Assembly: GCA_963705165.1 (NCBI GenBank)
Contig: CAVPJD010000008.1
Span: 32,001 to 96,000, forward strand
Length of the DNA: 64,000 nucleotides
Direction: 5' to 3'
From: an uncultured delta proteobacterium
Lineage (GTDB): Bacteria; Desulfobacterota; Syntrophia; Syntrophales; UBA2192
The number at the start of each line of letters is the position of its first letter. The first letter of the stretch is position 1. The position numbers were made by a program, and so were the translations under genes. A model generated the notes under the pieces. That model had not been told where the DNA came from, did not search any database, and saw only the letters and a list, made by a program, of their open reading frames with translations. Below, one piece after another: positions 47,175 through 55,999 of this stretch.

Positions 47175-48014
47175 ATGGCGCTGGACCTGTCGGCAATCGG
47201 CCGTCCCATCGGTCCCATCGTCCGGGATTACGGCTGGAAGGACGTCATCCTTTACGCCCTCTCGGTGGGCGCCGGATTCGACGAGTTGGGCTACACCTGG
47301 GAGAAGGACCTCAAGGTGATCCCCACCTTCTCCGTCGCCACGATCTTCGACTTCTTCTGGGCCGTGGCGAAACACTCGAACCTCAACCCGAAGGGCGCCC
47401 TGCACGGCGAGCAGGAGATCCTCTTCCACAACCCCATCCCTGTCTCGGGGACACTCACCACCAACGGGACCATCACGAACTGCTTCGACAAGGGCAAGAA
47501 GGGCGCCGTCATCCGCGGTGAGAGCGTCACCCTGCACTCCAGCGGGACAAAGCTCTACACCAACACCATGAGCATTTTCAGCCGGCTCGACGGCGGCTTC
47601 GGCGGTGAGGATGGCTCCTCGCGGACGGTCGAGATCCCCGGGCGCGCCCCCGACTTCACTGTCGATGCCCTGCCCTCGCCCGACCAGCCCCTTCTCTATC
47701 GTCTTACGGGCGACTTCTTCGCGCTGCACGTGGACCCAGAATTTGCCCGGGCCTCGGGCTTCGAGAAGCCCATCATGCACGGCCTGTGCACCTTCGGCTT
47801 TGCCTGCCGGGCGCTTTTGAAATGTCTCATCCCCGGCGAGCCCGAGCGCACCCGGCGCATGGCCTGCCGGTTCACGCGGCCCCTCTATCCCGGCGAGCCC
47901 ATTCAAACTCTCATCTGGAAGACCGATGGAGGCAAGGCCCTCTGGCGGGTCGTCCACACGGGAACGGGCCAGAGCGTCATCGACGGCGGGGAATTCGAGT
48001 ACGGTAACTGCTGA
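47175..48014 (+). CDS. MaoC/hydratase-2 family double hot-dog enoyl-CoA hydratase
   Basis: DVILYALSVG, LHGEQ, YRLTGDFFALHVDP, PIMHGLCTFG. Confidence 0.92.
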   Translation: MALDLSAIGRPIGPIVRDYGWKDVILYALSVGAGFDELGYTWEKDLKVIPTFSVATIFDFFWAVAKHSNLNPKGALHGEQEILFHNPIPVSGTLTTNGTITNCFDKGKKGAVIRGESVTLHSSGTKLYTNTMSIFSRLDGGFGGEDGSSRTVEIPGRAPDFTVDALPSPDQPLLYRLTGDFFALHVDPEFARASGFEKPIMHGLCTFGFACRALLKCLIPGEPERTRRMACRFTRPLYPGEPIQTLIWKTDGGKALWRVVHTGTGQSVIDGGEFEYGNC

Positions 48015-48075
48015 TCGCCGGCATTCGTTCTGAAACCCGCGCCCGCCGGCGAGAAGAACTCGGCAAGGAAAACTA

Positions 48076-48104
48076 TTGACAGGAAATGGCGTTCTGATTA
48101 TACC
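48076..48104 (+). promoter_or_regulatory. Sigma-70 promoter of the DUF4337 gene
   Basis: TTGACA-17 bp-TATACC. Confidence 0.55.
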
Positions 48105-48159
48105 TCCCGCCGGGAACAGCGAGTACGAACATTCATCCATCTCACGGGAGGTTCAACCT

Positions 48160-48729
48160 ATGTCGGGTCACGGTTCCGGGCACATCGATCCCGCCCACAA
48201 GAAAATCGCCCTGCTCATTGCCATCCTGGCGCTCTTTCTCGCCCTCACCGAAACGCTCGGCAAGAGCGCCCAGACGTCTGCCCTCAGCTACAACATCGAG
48301 GCGTCGAACCTCTGGGCCTTCTTCCAGGCCAAGACGATCCGCATGACCACGCTGCGCACGGCCGCGGAAGCCGCCGAGGTGGAGCTGCAACTCGAAAAAT
48401 CGCCCGCAAAGCGGGCGATCCTGCAGAAGCGCATCGACGAGTGGAGAAAGGTTGCCGCGACCTACGACTCCGAGCCGGAAAAGCAGGAAGGACGCAAGGA
48501 GCTCGCCCAGAGGGCAAAGGTCGCCGAAAGCAGCCGCGAACGGGTTATGGCCGCCTACCATCACTACGAGATCGCATCGGCCTGCCTCCAGATCGCCATC
48601 GTGCTGGCATCGGCCAACATCATCACCGGGGTTGCCGCCCTGCTGTGGCTGTCGGGCGGGCTGGGCGTCGTGGCCATCGGCTTCAGCCTGATCGGTTTCT
48701 TCGCACCGCTGTCGGTCCACCTGTTCTGA
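48160..48729 (+). CDS. DUF4337 family membrane protein
   Basis: IALLIAILALFLA, ASNLWAFFQAKTIR, LQIAIVLAS; GGAGG RBS. Confidence 0.88.
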   Translation: MSGHGSGHIDPAHKKIALLIAILALFLALTETLGKSAQTSALSYNIEASNLWAFFQAKTIRMTTLRTAAEAAEVELQLEKSPAKRAILQKRIDEWRKVAATYDSEPEKQEGRKELAQRAKVAESSRERVMAAYHHYEIASACLQIAIVLASANIITGVAALLWLSGGLGVVAIGFSLIGFFAPLSVHLF

Positions 48730-48764
48730 GGGATTCTCCAGTGCCTGCGCCCTCTTTGTCACGC

Positions 48765-49046
48765 TCACTTGTAGTAGCAGATGTAGGAAGCGTCGGCGGG
48801 CACGTCGAGTTGGAATTTGCTGTTCGCCTCCACCTCGAAACGGTCGTAGGGCCTGAACTCCTTCCACTCCGCCTGGCCGGGGAGCTTCACCTTCAGGACG
48901 CCCGTCGTGACGATCATGATCTCCTTTTGGGATGTCCCGAACTCATAGCTGCCTTTTGCCATCACCCCGACCGTTGCCGGCCCTTCGCTCGTCGTGAGCG
49001 AAATGGACTTCACGTTCCCCTCGAAATACTCGTTCACCTTCAGCAT
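48765..49046 (-). CDS. ppnP: Pyrimidine/purine nucleoside phosphorylase (YaiE/DUF1255)
   Basis: [31 protein letters not shown]. Confidence 0.92.
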   Translation of the reverse strand: MLKVNEYFEGNVKSISLTTSEGPATVGVMAKGSYEFGTSQKEIMIVTTGVLKVKLPGQAEWKEFRPYDRFEVEANSKFQLDVPADASYICYYK

Positions 49047-49489
49047 GTCCTGCCTCCCGGGATCATTTTGCATGATCCTATGGGGGGAATGCGTACCCGT
49101 CAACAAAAATGATGACCCGTCACTTATCCACAGGTGCGGGCAATCGTGCAACCAAGGTCCGGACATCTAATGCTCGCGGTATTAGATTTGGCCTTTTTTC
49201 CCTAATACTCCATTCGTATTTTTCAAAACACCTCTGTTCGCGCTTTACATTTCGAACGATCGGGTTGTAGATTTTCACATTCCTCCTTCCACAACCCGTG
49301 ACGAAAGAACCGGACGGCCTATCCCTATTGATCTTATGGATGCCGCCCGAACAGGCAGGTGTACGCAACAAGCCTGCCGGGTGCCGCTCGTCACGGCCGG
49401 TGATACCGGCGGTGAAGGCATCTTCCGCTCTTTCGGACGGGGTCAATGAGAAGGCGAAGCGCTTTCGAAAAAAAGAAGGAGGGGTTTAC

Positions 49490-49885
49490 ATGATTCGCTA
49501 TTTCACGAAAAAGAGGGGACAGAAGGGCTTCACGCTGATCGAGCTCATGATCGTCATTGGAATCATCGCCATCCTGGCGGCCATCGCCATCCCGCAGTTT
49601 GTCCAGTACCGCTATCGCAGCTACCGGGCCGAGCTCAACTCCGACCTCAAGAATGCCTACACGGCGGCGCAGGCTTATTTTTCCGACTGGCCGAATGCAA
49701 CCGTGAACAGCTTTGACATGCTGTCGAAGGGCGGCTATCAGAAATCTCCCAACATCAACGTCGGGACGAGCAACCTGACCCTTGCCGCCGGTTCGATCGC
49801 ACTCACCCACTCCGCACTGCCCTCAGGCAAGCAAGGGGGGTCCGTCAACAACACGGGTGTCATCACCATGCCCGCATTGCCGTGA
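49490..49885 (+). CDS. Type IV pilin (prepilin N-terminal cleavage/methylation domain)
   Basis: KRGQKG-FTLIELMIVIGIIAILAAIAIPQF; SDLKNAYTAAQAYF; AGGAGG RBS. Confidence 0.92.
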   Translation: MIRYFTKKRGQKGFTLIELMIVIGIIAILAAIAIPQFVQYRYRSYRAELNSDLKNAYTAAQAYFSDWPNATVNSFDMLSKGGYQKSPNINVGTSNLTLAAGSIALTHSALPSGKQGGSVNNTGVITMPALP

Positions 49886-49990
49886 GTGCAGGCATCGCCG
49901 GTTTACACGGGGCTGCAGGTTCAGTCGATTTGCGGGGCAGTGCCGGGGGTGCTGCCCCGTTTTTCCCGACAGGCGCGAGTGGGGTCCCCT

Positions 49991-51262
49991 TCACTCCCAG
50001 CCCTTTTTCCACATGTCCTCGTCGTCGTAGACCTTCTCGTCGGCGGCGTGGGCCTCGGCGGCATCGGCCTCGTAGTCGCGGGGCAGTTTCCCCTTGCGCT
50101 CGAAGTGCTCCCGGTACCACTCGTGAGCCGTGATCAGTGACATGACCTCGCTGGTGCCCGTCCAGATCGAGGCCAGGCGAATGTCGCGGAAGATGCGCTC
50201 GACGGGAAAGACGTTCGTGTAGCCGATGCCCCCCATGACCTGCATGGCGTTGTGCACAACCTTCTGGCAGGACTCGGTGATGAACTTCTTCGATTCGGAG
50301 ACGAGCCTGCGGATGAGGTTCACGTTCGCCCCCGCATCGACGGCGCGGGCCGTCATGTTGGCCATGGCGCGGCAGGCATCGAGGAGCATGGCCGCCTCGG
50401 CCACCTGGAAGCTCACACCCTGGAACTGGTTGATCACCTGGCCGAAGGCCTTGCGGCGCGTCGTGTAGGCCGTGGCCACATCGAGGGCGGCCCGGGCCGA
50501 GCCGATGGTCATGGCCGCCGTACCCAGCCGCTCGGGGATCATCATCGTGTTGAAGACCTCGAAGGCCCCGTGGATCTTCCCGACCACGTTTTCCTTCGGG
50601 ACCTTGACGTTCTTGAAGACGAGGCGGCCCGTCCCGCCACCGCGGCATCCCATGAGGCCGTAAAGATACTTCGTTTCCACACCGGGCCCCCGCTCGACAA
50701 TCAGGCAGGAAATCGCATCCTGGGGCTTTGCCGAGGGGTTGCTGCGTGCGTAGACGAGGAAGAAATCCGCACCCTCGGCCCCGACGATGAAGCGTTTCTG
50801 GCCGTTGAGAAGGAAGTGATCGCCCTTATCCTCGGCCTTCGTCGTGGCGCCGAAGAAATCGGAGCCGCCCCGGGGCTCCGTGAGGCACTCGGCGGCGAAG
50901 CGCTCGCCCCTGAGCAGCGGCCTCACGAAGCGCTCCTTCTGAGCGTCGGTGCCGTGCAGGATAATGGCGTCGCAGACCAGCTCCGCCCCCACGCCGAAGA
51001 CACAGGCAAGCTCGTAGCCGAGCGTCCCGATCTCCTCCATGAGCAGGCACGTCGTGACCCAGTCCAACCCCCTGCCGCCCCACTTCACCGGGTAGCGGCA
51101 CCCCATAAGGTTCCGCCTTCCCGCCTCCTGGAGAAACTCCTTCGGGAACTTGATCGCATCCGTGTCCATGTCGAGGATCATCTGCCGGGGGACCCACTTC
51201 ACGAGGGCCCTCGCTTCGTCCCGGATGCTGCGCTGCTTTTCCGTCAGCAGAAAATCATACAT
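49991..51262 (-). CDS. Acyl-CoA dehydrogenase
   Basis: CLTEPRGGSD, LNGQKRFI, RKAFG, QVMGGIGY, IWTGTSEV. Confidence 0.95.
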   Translation of the reverse strand: MYDFLLTEKQRSIRDEARALVKWVPRQMILDMDTDAIKFPKEFLQEAGRRNLMGCRYPVKWGGRGLDWVTTCLLMEEIGTLGYELACVFGVGAELVCDAIILHGTDAQKERFVRPLLRGERFAAECLTEPRGGSDFFGATTKAEDKGDHFLLNGQKRFIVGAEGADFFLVYARSNPSAKPQDAISCLIVERGPGVETKYLYGLMGCRGGGTGRLVFKNVKVPKENVVGKIHGAFEVFNTMMIPERLGTAAMTIGSARAALDVATAYTTRRKAFGQVINQFQGVSFQVAEAAMLLDACRAMANMTARAVDAGANVNLIRRLVSESKKFITESCQKVVHNAMQVMGGIGYTNVFPVERIFRDIRLASIWTGTSEVMSLITAHEWYREHFERKGKLPRDYEADAAEAHAADEKVYDDEDMWKKGWE

Positions 51263-51326
51263 GGCCCCTTCTCCTCCCTTCATGGTGATGCATCCCAACC
51301 GATCTTATTTGCCACAATCGGCGGGC

Positions 51327-51357
51327 AAAAGAAAGGGGCGGTCGCCGGACCGCCCCT
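51327..51357 (-). terminator. Intrinsic terminator
   Basis: AGGGGCGGTC-GCCG-GACCGCCCCT with upstream A-run (U-tract on minus strand). Confidence 0.75.
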
Positions 51358-51364
51358 GTGAATC

Positions 51365-51466
51365 AAGAAGCTACGAAGTTGAGAGGGTAAGAAGCTTGGA
51401 CGGGTAGGGGTCAATCCCAAACCTTCCGCTTCACCGACCTTCTTACCCTCGAACCTTCTTACGTTC
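51365..51466. repeat. Degenerate octamer repeats with inverted arm
   Basis: aagaagct acgaagtt gagagggt aagaagct ... accttctt accctcga accttctt acgttct. Confidence 0.65.
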
Positions 51467-51468
51467 TA

Positions 51469-51942
51469 CTACTTGGATACCTCCTGCCAGCCCGCTGCGG
51501 GCGTGTACTTGATCCAGGGGCCGTTGAGGGTTTTCACCTTGACGTAATCCTTCGTCATCTCGAAGTTCGTCTTGAGCGCCCCCGTGCTGTCGTCGGCGCC
51601 GTGCTTCTTGTAGGTGAACCACTTGTGCTTGCCGTAATCGTAAAGGGACACCTCGTGGAGGCCTGCGGCCAGCGCGAAGTTGTCGTTGATCATGTTGACG
51701 AAGCCCTCCACCTTGTGGCGGGTGATCGTCGTCATCTTGTGAAAATCCCACTTCTTCGTCGAGCTGTCATAGACCGACGCGCCCAGGAATCCATACTTGA
51801 GCGTCATGTTCATGGACTTGCTCTGCAGCGGCTTGAATGCGGGTGTTCCCACGTTGGCCGGGTCCTGCTGTGCGTGGCATACAACGGCGACGGCAACCAC
51901 CATGGCCATTGCGAGCACAAAGACGGAAAGACTCTTCTTCAT
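51469..51942 (-). CDS. Secreted hypothetical protein
   Basis: Signal peptide ending VCHA; repeated YDxxxxKW motifs; AGGAGG RBS. Confidence 0.8.
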   Translation of the reverse strand: MKKSLSVFVLAMAMVVAVAVVCHAQQDPANVGTPAFKPLQSKSMNMTLKYGFLGASVYDSSTKKWDFHKMTTITRHKVEGFVNMINDNFALAAGLHEVSLYDYGKHKWFTYKKHGADDSTGALKTNFEMTKDYVKVKTLNGPWIKYTPAAGWQEVSK

Positions 51943-52012
51943 GAAATACCTCCTGCGGGGTTCTGGGTGATAAAGGAAATTTTGCAAGGGCCGTGCCGGT
52001 TGAGGAGTGCGG

Positions 52013-52858
52013 TCAGCCGAAGGCCCGGGGGGTAATCGCCTCGGTCAGGATATCCCGGTCGAATCCCCTGGGCGTCTCGCCTTTTTTCGCGTACTGGTAG
52101 AGGGCCGCCTGGAAGATCCCCTGGAGGGCGGCCTGCACGACGGTGAGCGCGATGATATAGATCACGGCCAGGACGACGAAGCCGAGCGCCAGGAATCCCT
52201 TGCCGCTCGCCGCGCCGCCTGCAATCAGCAGGATGGCCGGGAGCGAGAGGACGAAAAAGACGAGACCGAAGCTGAAGCCGCCGATCAGTTCCTCGCCCCA
52301 GGTTTTTTTCAGCAGGCGCGCCGACTCCTGGAAGGCCTCCATGGGGCCCTTGCGCTCGTTGACGAGAATCGGGATGACGAGGTAACTCGTGATTCCCCAG
52401 GCCATGCCGAGCAGTCCCGCGAAGATGCGGCCCACGAACGTCGAGCGCTCCTCGATCATCCGGAGGACCATGCCCACGCTGGCCGACACGAGGGCCCAAC
52501 CGGCGATCTCGAACAGACGAGAGCCCGAGGCCTGCAGACCTTCGCCCACCGTGGGGTTGCCGCCCCGCATCCGGATGGTGGCGCAGGCCACGATGGCCGT
52601 ATTGAAGAAGATGATGACGAAATAGTTGATGAAATAAAAAGCGAAGAGAACCACCAGGTTTCCCACCGCTCCGTTGTGGCGGGCGATCCGCTGGACTGTA
52701 TCGATGCCGCCCAGGGCGAAAACAGGAACGGCGAAGGAAGCCATGATCAGGAGCAGCGCGATGCCCGAGAGCACCGGGAACACCAGGATTTCCTTGTCCT
52801 GCCTGAGCACGTCCCAGGAGGCCCTCATGATCTGCCACGATCTCTCAAATTTTTCCAC
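52013..52858 (-). CDS. DUF6159-like membrane protein
   Basis: SWQIMRASWDVLRQDKEILVFP, IIFFNTA, ESARLLKKTWGE, IFQAALY. Confidence 0.82.
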   Translation of the reverse strand: MEKFERSWQIMRASWDVLRQDKEILVFPVLSGIALLLIMASFAVPVFALGGIDTVQRIARHNGAVGNLVVLFAFYFINYFVIIFFNTAIVACATIRMRGGNPTVGEGLQASGSRLFEIAGWALVSASVGMVLRMIEERSTFVGRIFAGLLGMAWGITSYLVIPILVNERKGPMEAFQESARLLKKTWGEELIGGFSFGLVFFVLSLPAILLIAGGAASGKGFLALGFVVLAVIYIIALTVVQAALQGIFQAALYQYAKKGETPRGFDRDILTEAITPRAFG

Positions 52859-52913
52859 TCTTCGCCCTTCTCTGCTGTCTGCTGTCGGCTGTTAACTGTC
52901 GGCTGTACTTCTC

Positions 52914-53591
52914 TTATCCCCTGTTCATGACCTGCGCCTTGACCTTCTCCACGTGGGCGACGATTCCGGGAATATCGGCGGCAAGCTCCTCGTGACTGTA
53001 AAGGAGGTCCTCCAGATGGACATAAGCGCGCAGGTCATCGGGGCAGAGGTTGACGGCCTGCAGGAACGCCCTGGCCGCATCGCCCAATCGGCCCTGCCCC
53101 TGAAGCGCGAGGCCGAGGTTTCTCACGGCATTGTGGCGCCCGGGGGCAATTTCGAAGGCGGCCCGGCAGTAGGACTCGGCCTCGCGGTGGCGCCCGCAGC
53201 GGCTCAGCGAGTAACCGAGGTTGTTGTAAATGGAATACCAGGTGTCGTCTCGCGAGGGCGTCAATTGCAGGGCCTCCGAATAGGCCGCTGCGGCGGCCTT
53301 GTAATTCTCGCGCTGCTCCATCAGCAGGCCCAGGAAGAGGCACCGCTTGGCCGTCTCGGCCCCGTCGCGGGAAAACTGCATCGCCGTCCGGATGTAGCTC
53401 ACCCCGGCATCGTTGCAGGCCTGGACGAAACAATCCTGGGCCAGTCCCCAGAGCGCGCCGGCGATGTCCATCTCATCGCTCCTCACCTCCAGGATGCGCA
53501 TGAGCACCCTCTCGGTGTCCTCGATGGAGATGCTCTCGCCGTCGGGAAAAACGAAGAAAGCGCAGTGACCCTGCTTGCGGATCCGGTTCAT
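52914..53591 (-). CDS. Tetratricopeptide repeat protein
   Basis: AAAAYSEALQLTP, YNNLGYSL, NAVRNLGLAL, AFLQAVNLCP. Confidence 0.85.
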   Translation of the reverse strand: MNRIRKQGHCAFFVFPDGESISIEDTERVLMRILEVRSDEMDIAGALWGLAQDCFVQACNDAGVSYIRTAMQFSRDGAETAKRCLFLGLLMEQRENYKAAAAAYSEALQLTPSRDDTWYSIYNNLGYSLSRCGRHREAESYCRAAFEIAPGRHNAVRNLGLALQGQGRLGDAARAFLQAVNLCPDDLRAYVHLEDLLYSHEELAADIPGIVAHVEKVKAQVMNRG

Positions 53592-53635
53592 GTCTTCTCT
53601 CTTTCCGTCTTCTGCAGCCGCCCCTGCCGCATGCC

Positions 53636-54139
53636 TCAGGCCTTGAAGCTGTGGCTGCCCGCCCGGAAGGCCGACAGGGGGGCCATCCGCATGTCCGTTG
53701 CCTGCCGGGCCCGTTCCGGGAACAGCGCGCGGATCGTTTCCGTGAAGGCCTTCATGTCGAAGGGCATCCGGAAAAAACGGTCTGCGCCGACCCGGATGGC
53801 GATGTCCTCGTAGAGAAACTCGGCCGGGAAGGCCGCCGTGGCGATGATGGGCCTCCGGTGGACGCCCTTGAGATGCCTGACCAGCATGAGGGCCTTGATG
53901 AAGCTGTCGGCCTCGAGGTCGCGGCCCCAATGCCCGAAGGTCACGTTGTTGAGGAACAGGACGAAAAGGTCCACGGGCCTCTCGTCGGCCAAGGCCAGAA
54001 TCCGGTCGGCCTCCGGCGTGCCGTGGACGCGCAGCCTCTGGCGGGGGTCGAGGGCATCGGCAACCGACTCGGCGACAATCTCGACGAAAGCGTCGTTGAA
54101 GTCTCCGACGATGACATGGAAATCTTCAGCAGTTGCCAT
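53636..54139 (-). CDS. Atypical receiver-like (CheY-fold) protein
   Basis: HVIVGDF, PVDLFVLFL, PIIATA, VGADRFFRMPF; canonical Asp and Lys absent. Confidence 0.6.
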   Translation of the reverse strand: MATAEDFHVIVGDFNDAFVEIVAESVADALDPRQRLRVHGTPEADRILALADERPVDLFVLFLNNVTFGHWGRDLEADSFIKALMLVRHLKGVHRRPIIATAAFPAEFLYEDIAIRVGADRFFRMPFDMKAFTETIRALFPERARQATDMRMAPLSAFRAGSHSFKA

Positions 54140-54285
54140 CACCCCCCCATGCCGATCGCTCACGGCGCAATCCGGTGGACCGTTGCCCGAACGGCAAAGT
54201 GCCCTATTACTGTATCGCCCCGGGCGGGCCAAACTTGAGGCGTTTTATGCCCATGGACGGTGCAGCTCCCCGCACGGCAGGCAAT

Positions 54286-54310
54286 AAAAAAGCGGCCCGC
54301 AGGCCGCTTT
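54286..54310. terminator. Intrinsic terminator
   Basis: AAAAAAGCGGCC-CGCA-GGCCGCTTT. Confidence 0.75.
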
Positions 54311-54343
54311 CTTCACTCAACGCCCTCCTGTTTCAGGAGGCTG

Positions 54344-54619
54344 TCAGGTCAGGTTGATCGTGTGGGTCTTCAGCAGGAACTCCTTGAACTGCGCCTTTGT
54401 CGTTTCCTTGACGTCAGAGAGTTTGACCAGGATGGCATTGTTATAGAATGAATACCCGTCGTCGATTTTCTCGGGGTTTTCGTCGTCGTCGATGAAGCGC
54501 TCCATGAACTTGAGGGCCGTCTTCCGCGCCTCGCGCTCGTCCTTCGCCTCGATGAGGTAATGATGGTGGCGCAGGTCCTCGTCCTCGCGCTCCGTAATCT
54601 TGATCCAGTAGTCGGGCAT
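54344..54619 (-). CDS. Hypothetical protein
   Basis: 91-aa ORF, GGAGGGAG RBS, followed by terminator. Confidence 0.8.
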   Translation of the reverse strand: MPDYWIKITEREDEDLRHHHYLIEAKDEREARKTALKFMERFIDDDENPEKIDDGYSFYNNAILVKLSDVKETTKAQFKEFLLKTHTINLT

Positions 54620-54731
54620 GCTCCCTCCCGGTGACCTGTGATTTCTTGCTGCCTTTTTACCATTTCCCTACCCCATACGCAACGACTCTTTTCGTGCCCC
54701 GGATTGCCAAAGTGCGCCTTCCGCAAGCGAG

Positions 54732-54764
54732 AAAAAAGACCGCCCGTTCGACCGAGCGGCCCTT
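54732..54764 (-). terminator. Intrinsic terminator closing the parA-partner operon
   Basis: Minus strand GGCCGCTCG-GTCGAA-CGGGCGGTC-TTTTTT. Confidence 0.7.
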
Positions 54765-54792
54765 GTCCCTGGGCATCACTCGGGCTTCCGGA

Positions 54793-55173
54793 TCAGAACC
54801 GCCCCCACTTGCCGGGGTTCATGAGAGACGTGAGATTGCTCAGGAGCATGTTGTTGCAGTCCGCGACCATGCTGTTGCAGTTCCGGACGATCTGAAACCA
54901 GCTTTCATAAACACCCAGGTACACCTTTACCGCGCCGCCGGGAGCGCCGAAAGCCGTGGGGCTCGGGGACGGGATATCCCGTTTCGGCGGGGCCGCCGGT
55001 TGCGGGCTCTTCGGAGGGGCCTGCGCTTTCGGCTTTTTCGGAGGGGCGGCCTTCTTCACCTTGATTTTTTTTGCCGCGGGCTTGCGGGCGGCCTTGCCCC
55101 TCGTCTGGGTCGGCTCGCTGGGCTTGAGCGCGCTGAGTTTCTGCATGATGTCTTCGTGAGTCTTTTTAGCCAT
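54793..55173 (-). CDS. Small Lys/Ala/Pro-rich ParA partner protein (not ParB)
   Basis: Overlaps parA stop by 8 nt with AGGAG RBS; basic N-terminus, AAKK/PPK linker, amphipathic C-terminal helix ending KWGRF. Confidence 0.8.
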   Translation of the reverse strand: MAKKTHEDIMQKLSALKPSEPTQTRGKAARKPAAKKIKVKKAAPPKKPKAQAPPKSPQPAAPPKRDIPSPSPTAFGAPGGAVKVYLGVYESWFQIVRNCNSMVADCNNMLLSNLTSLMNPGKWGRF

Positions 55174-55915
55174 GTATGATCTCCTGGGCCAGGGCGAGGA
55201 AGTCTTCGGCTCCCTTGCTCGACGGGTTGTATTCGAAGAGGTTCTGCTGGGCGATCTGGGCCTTCACGATGTCCACGTTGACGCGGATGACGGTCCGGAA
55301 GAGCTTGTCGGGAAAGTGGCTCTTCAGAGTCTCGTAGGTCTGCTCCGAAAGAGAGCTGCGGCGGTCGTACTTGCAGGCGAGCACGCCGAGTAGTTCGAGT
55401 TTCGGGTTGAGGCTCCGCTTCACGTACCCGATCTCCTCGAGCAGCTGCTTGAGCCCCAGAAGCGGGAAAAACCCCGAGTCTACGGGGATCATGACCTCGC
55501 CGGCGGCCACGAGGGCATTTTTCGTAAAGACGTTGAAGCTCGGCGGGCAGTCGAAGAGGATGAAGTCATAGGCTGCCTCGACGGGCTCCAGAACAGTCTT
55601 CAACATCTCCCAGGCCTGCTTTCGTACAAGCCTCTCCTCCACATCCTTGAGGGCGTTGTTGGAGGGGATGATGTCGGTCCAGCCCGTCGCGACGATGTAG
55701 TCGGCCGCCTGCCCCTTCTCGAGGATCAGGTCCTTGAGCGTCGGCTCGTCGTTTTCGATGATGAGCCCCACGGCGGCCGAGGCGTTTCCCTGGCTGTCGA
55801 GGTCGACAAGCAGCGTCCTTTCCCCGCTGGCCCTCAGGGCCGCAGCAAGACAGACAGACGTTGTGGTCTTGCCCACCCCGCCCTTCTGGTTCGTGATGGC
55901 GATCTTCCGTGCCAT
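55166..55915 (-). CDS. ParA/Soj family ATPase (orphan)
   Basis: NQKGGVGKTT deviant Walker A, DLDSQGNA, FDCPPS, YDRRS, SKGAEDF. Confidence 0.95.
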   Translation of the reverse strand: MARKIAITNQKGGVGKTTTSVCLAAALRASGERTLLVDLDSQGNASAAVGLIIENDEPTLKDLILEKGQAADYIVATGWTDIIPSNNALKDVEERLVRKQAWEMLKTVLEPVEAAYDFILFDCPPSFNVFTKNALVAAGEVMIPVDSGFFPLLGLKQLLEEIGYVKRSLNPKLELLGVLACKYDRRSSLSEQTYETLKSHFPDKLFRTVIRVNVDIVKAQIAQQNLFEYNPSSKGAEDFLALAQEIIHG

Positions 55916-55999
55916 GGCATACCCCTGGAGATGTTCGCTTAATCCATCGATTTTATAAAACAAAACTGCGCAAATGACAAGGACGAAGGACGGGCCCGG

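Noticed and set aside
49298..49489. GEMM-I (c-di-GMP/cGAMP) riboswitch or N-terminal extension of the pilin
   Set aside because: The AAACC...GAAA/GCGA...GGGACG-AAAG signature is absent; AGGAGG RBS supports ATG 49490.
52914..53930. 338-aa TPR ORF start at 53930
   Set aside because: The upstream part is an off-frame reading of the receiver-like gene; real start is probably 53591.
55166..55915. Chromosomal parAB or plasmid partition locus
   Set aside because: The partner has no ParB or ribbon-helix-helix features; no parS, rep or origin genes nearby.
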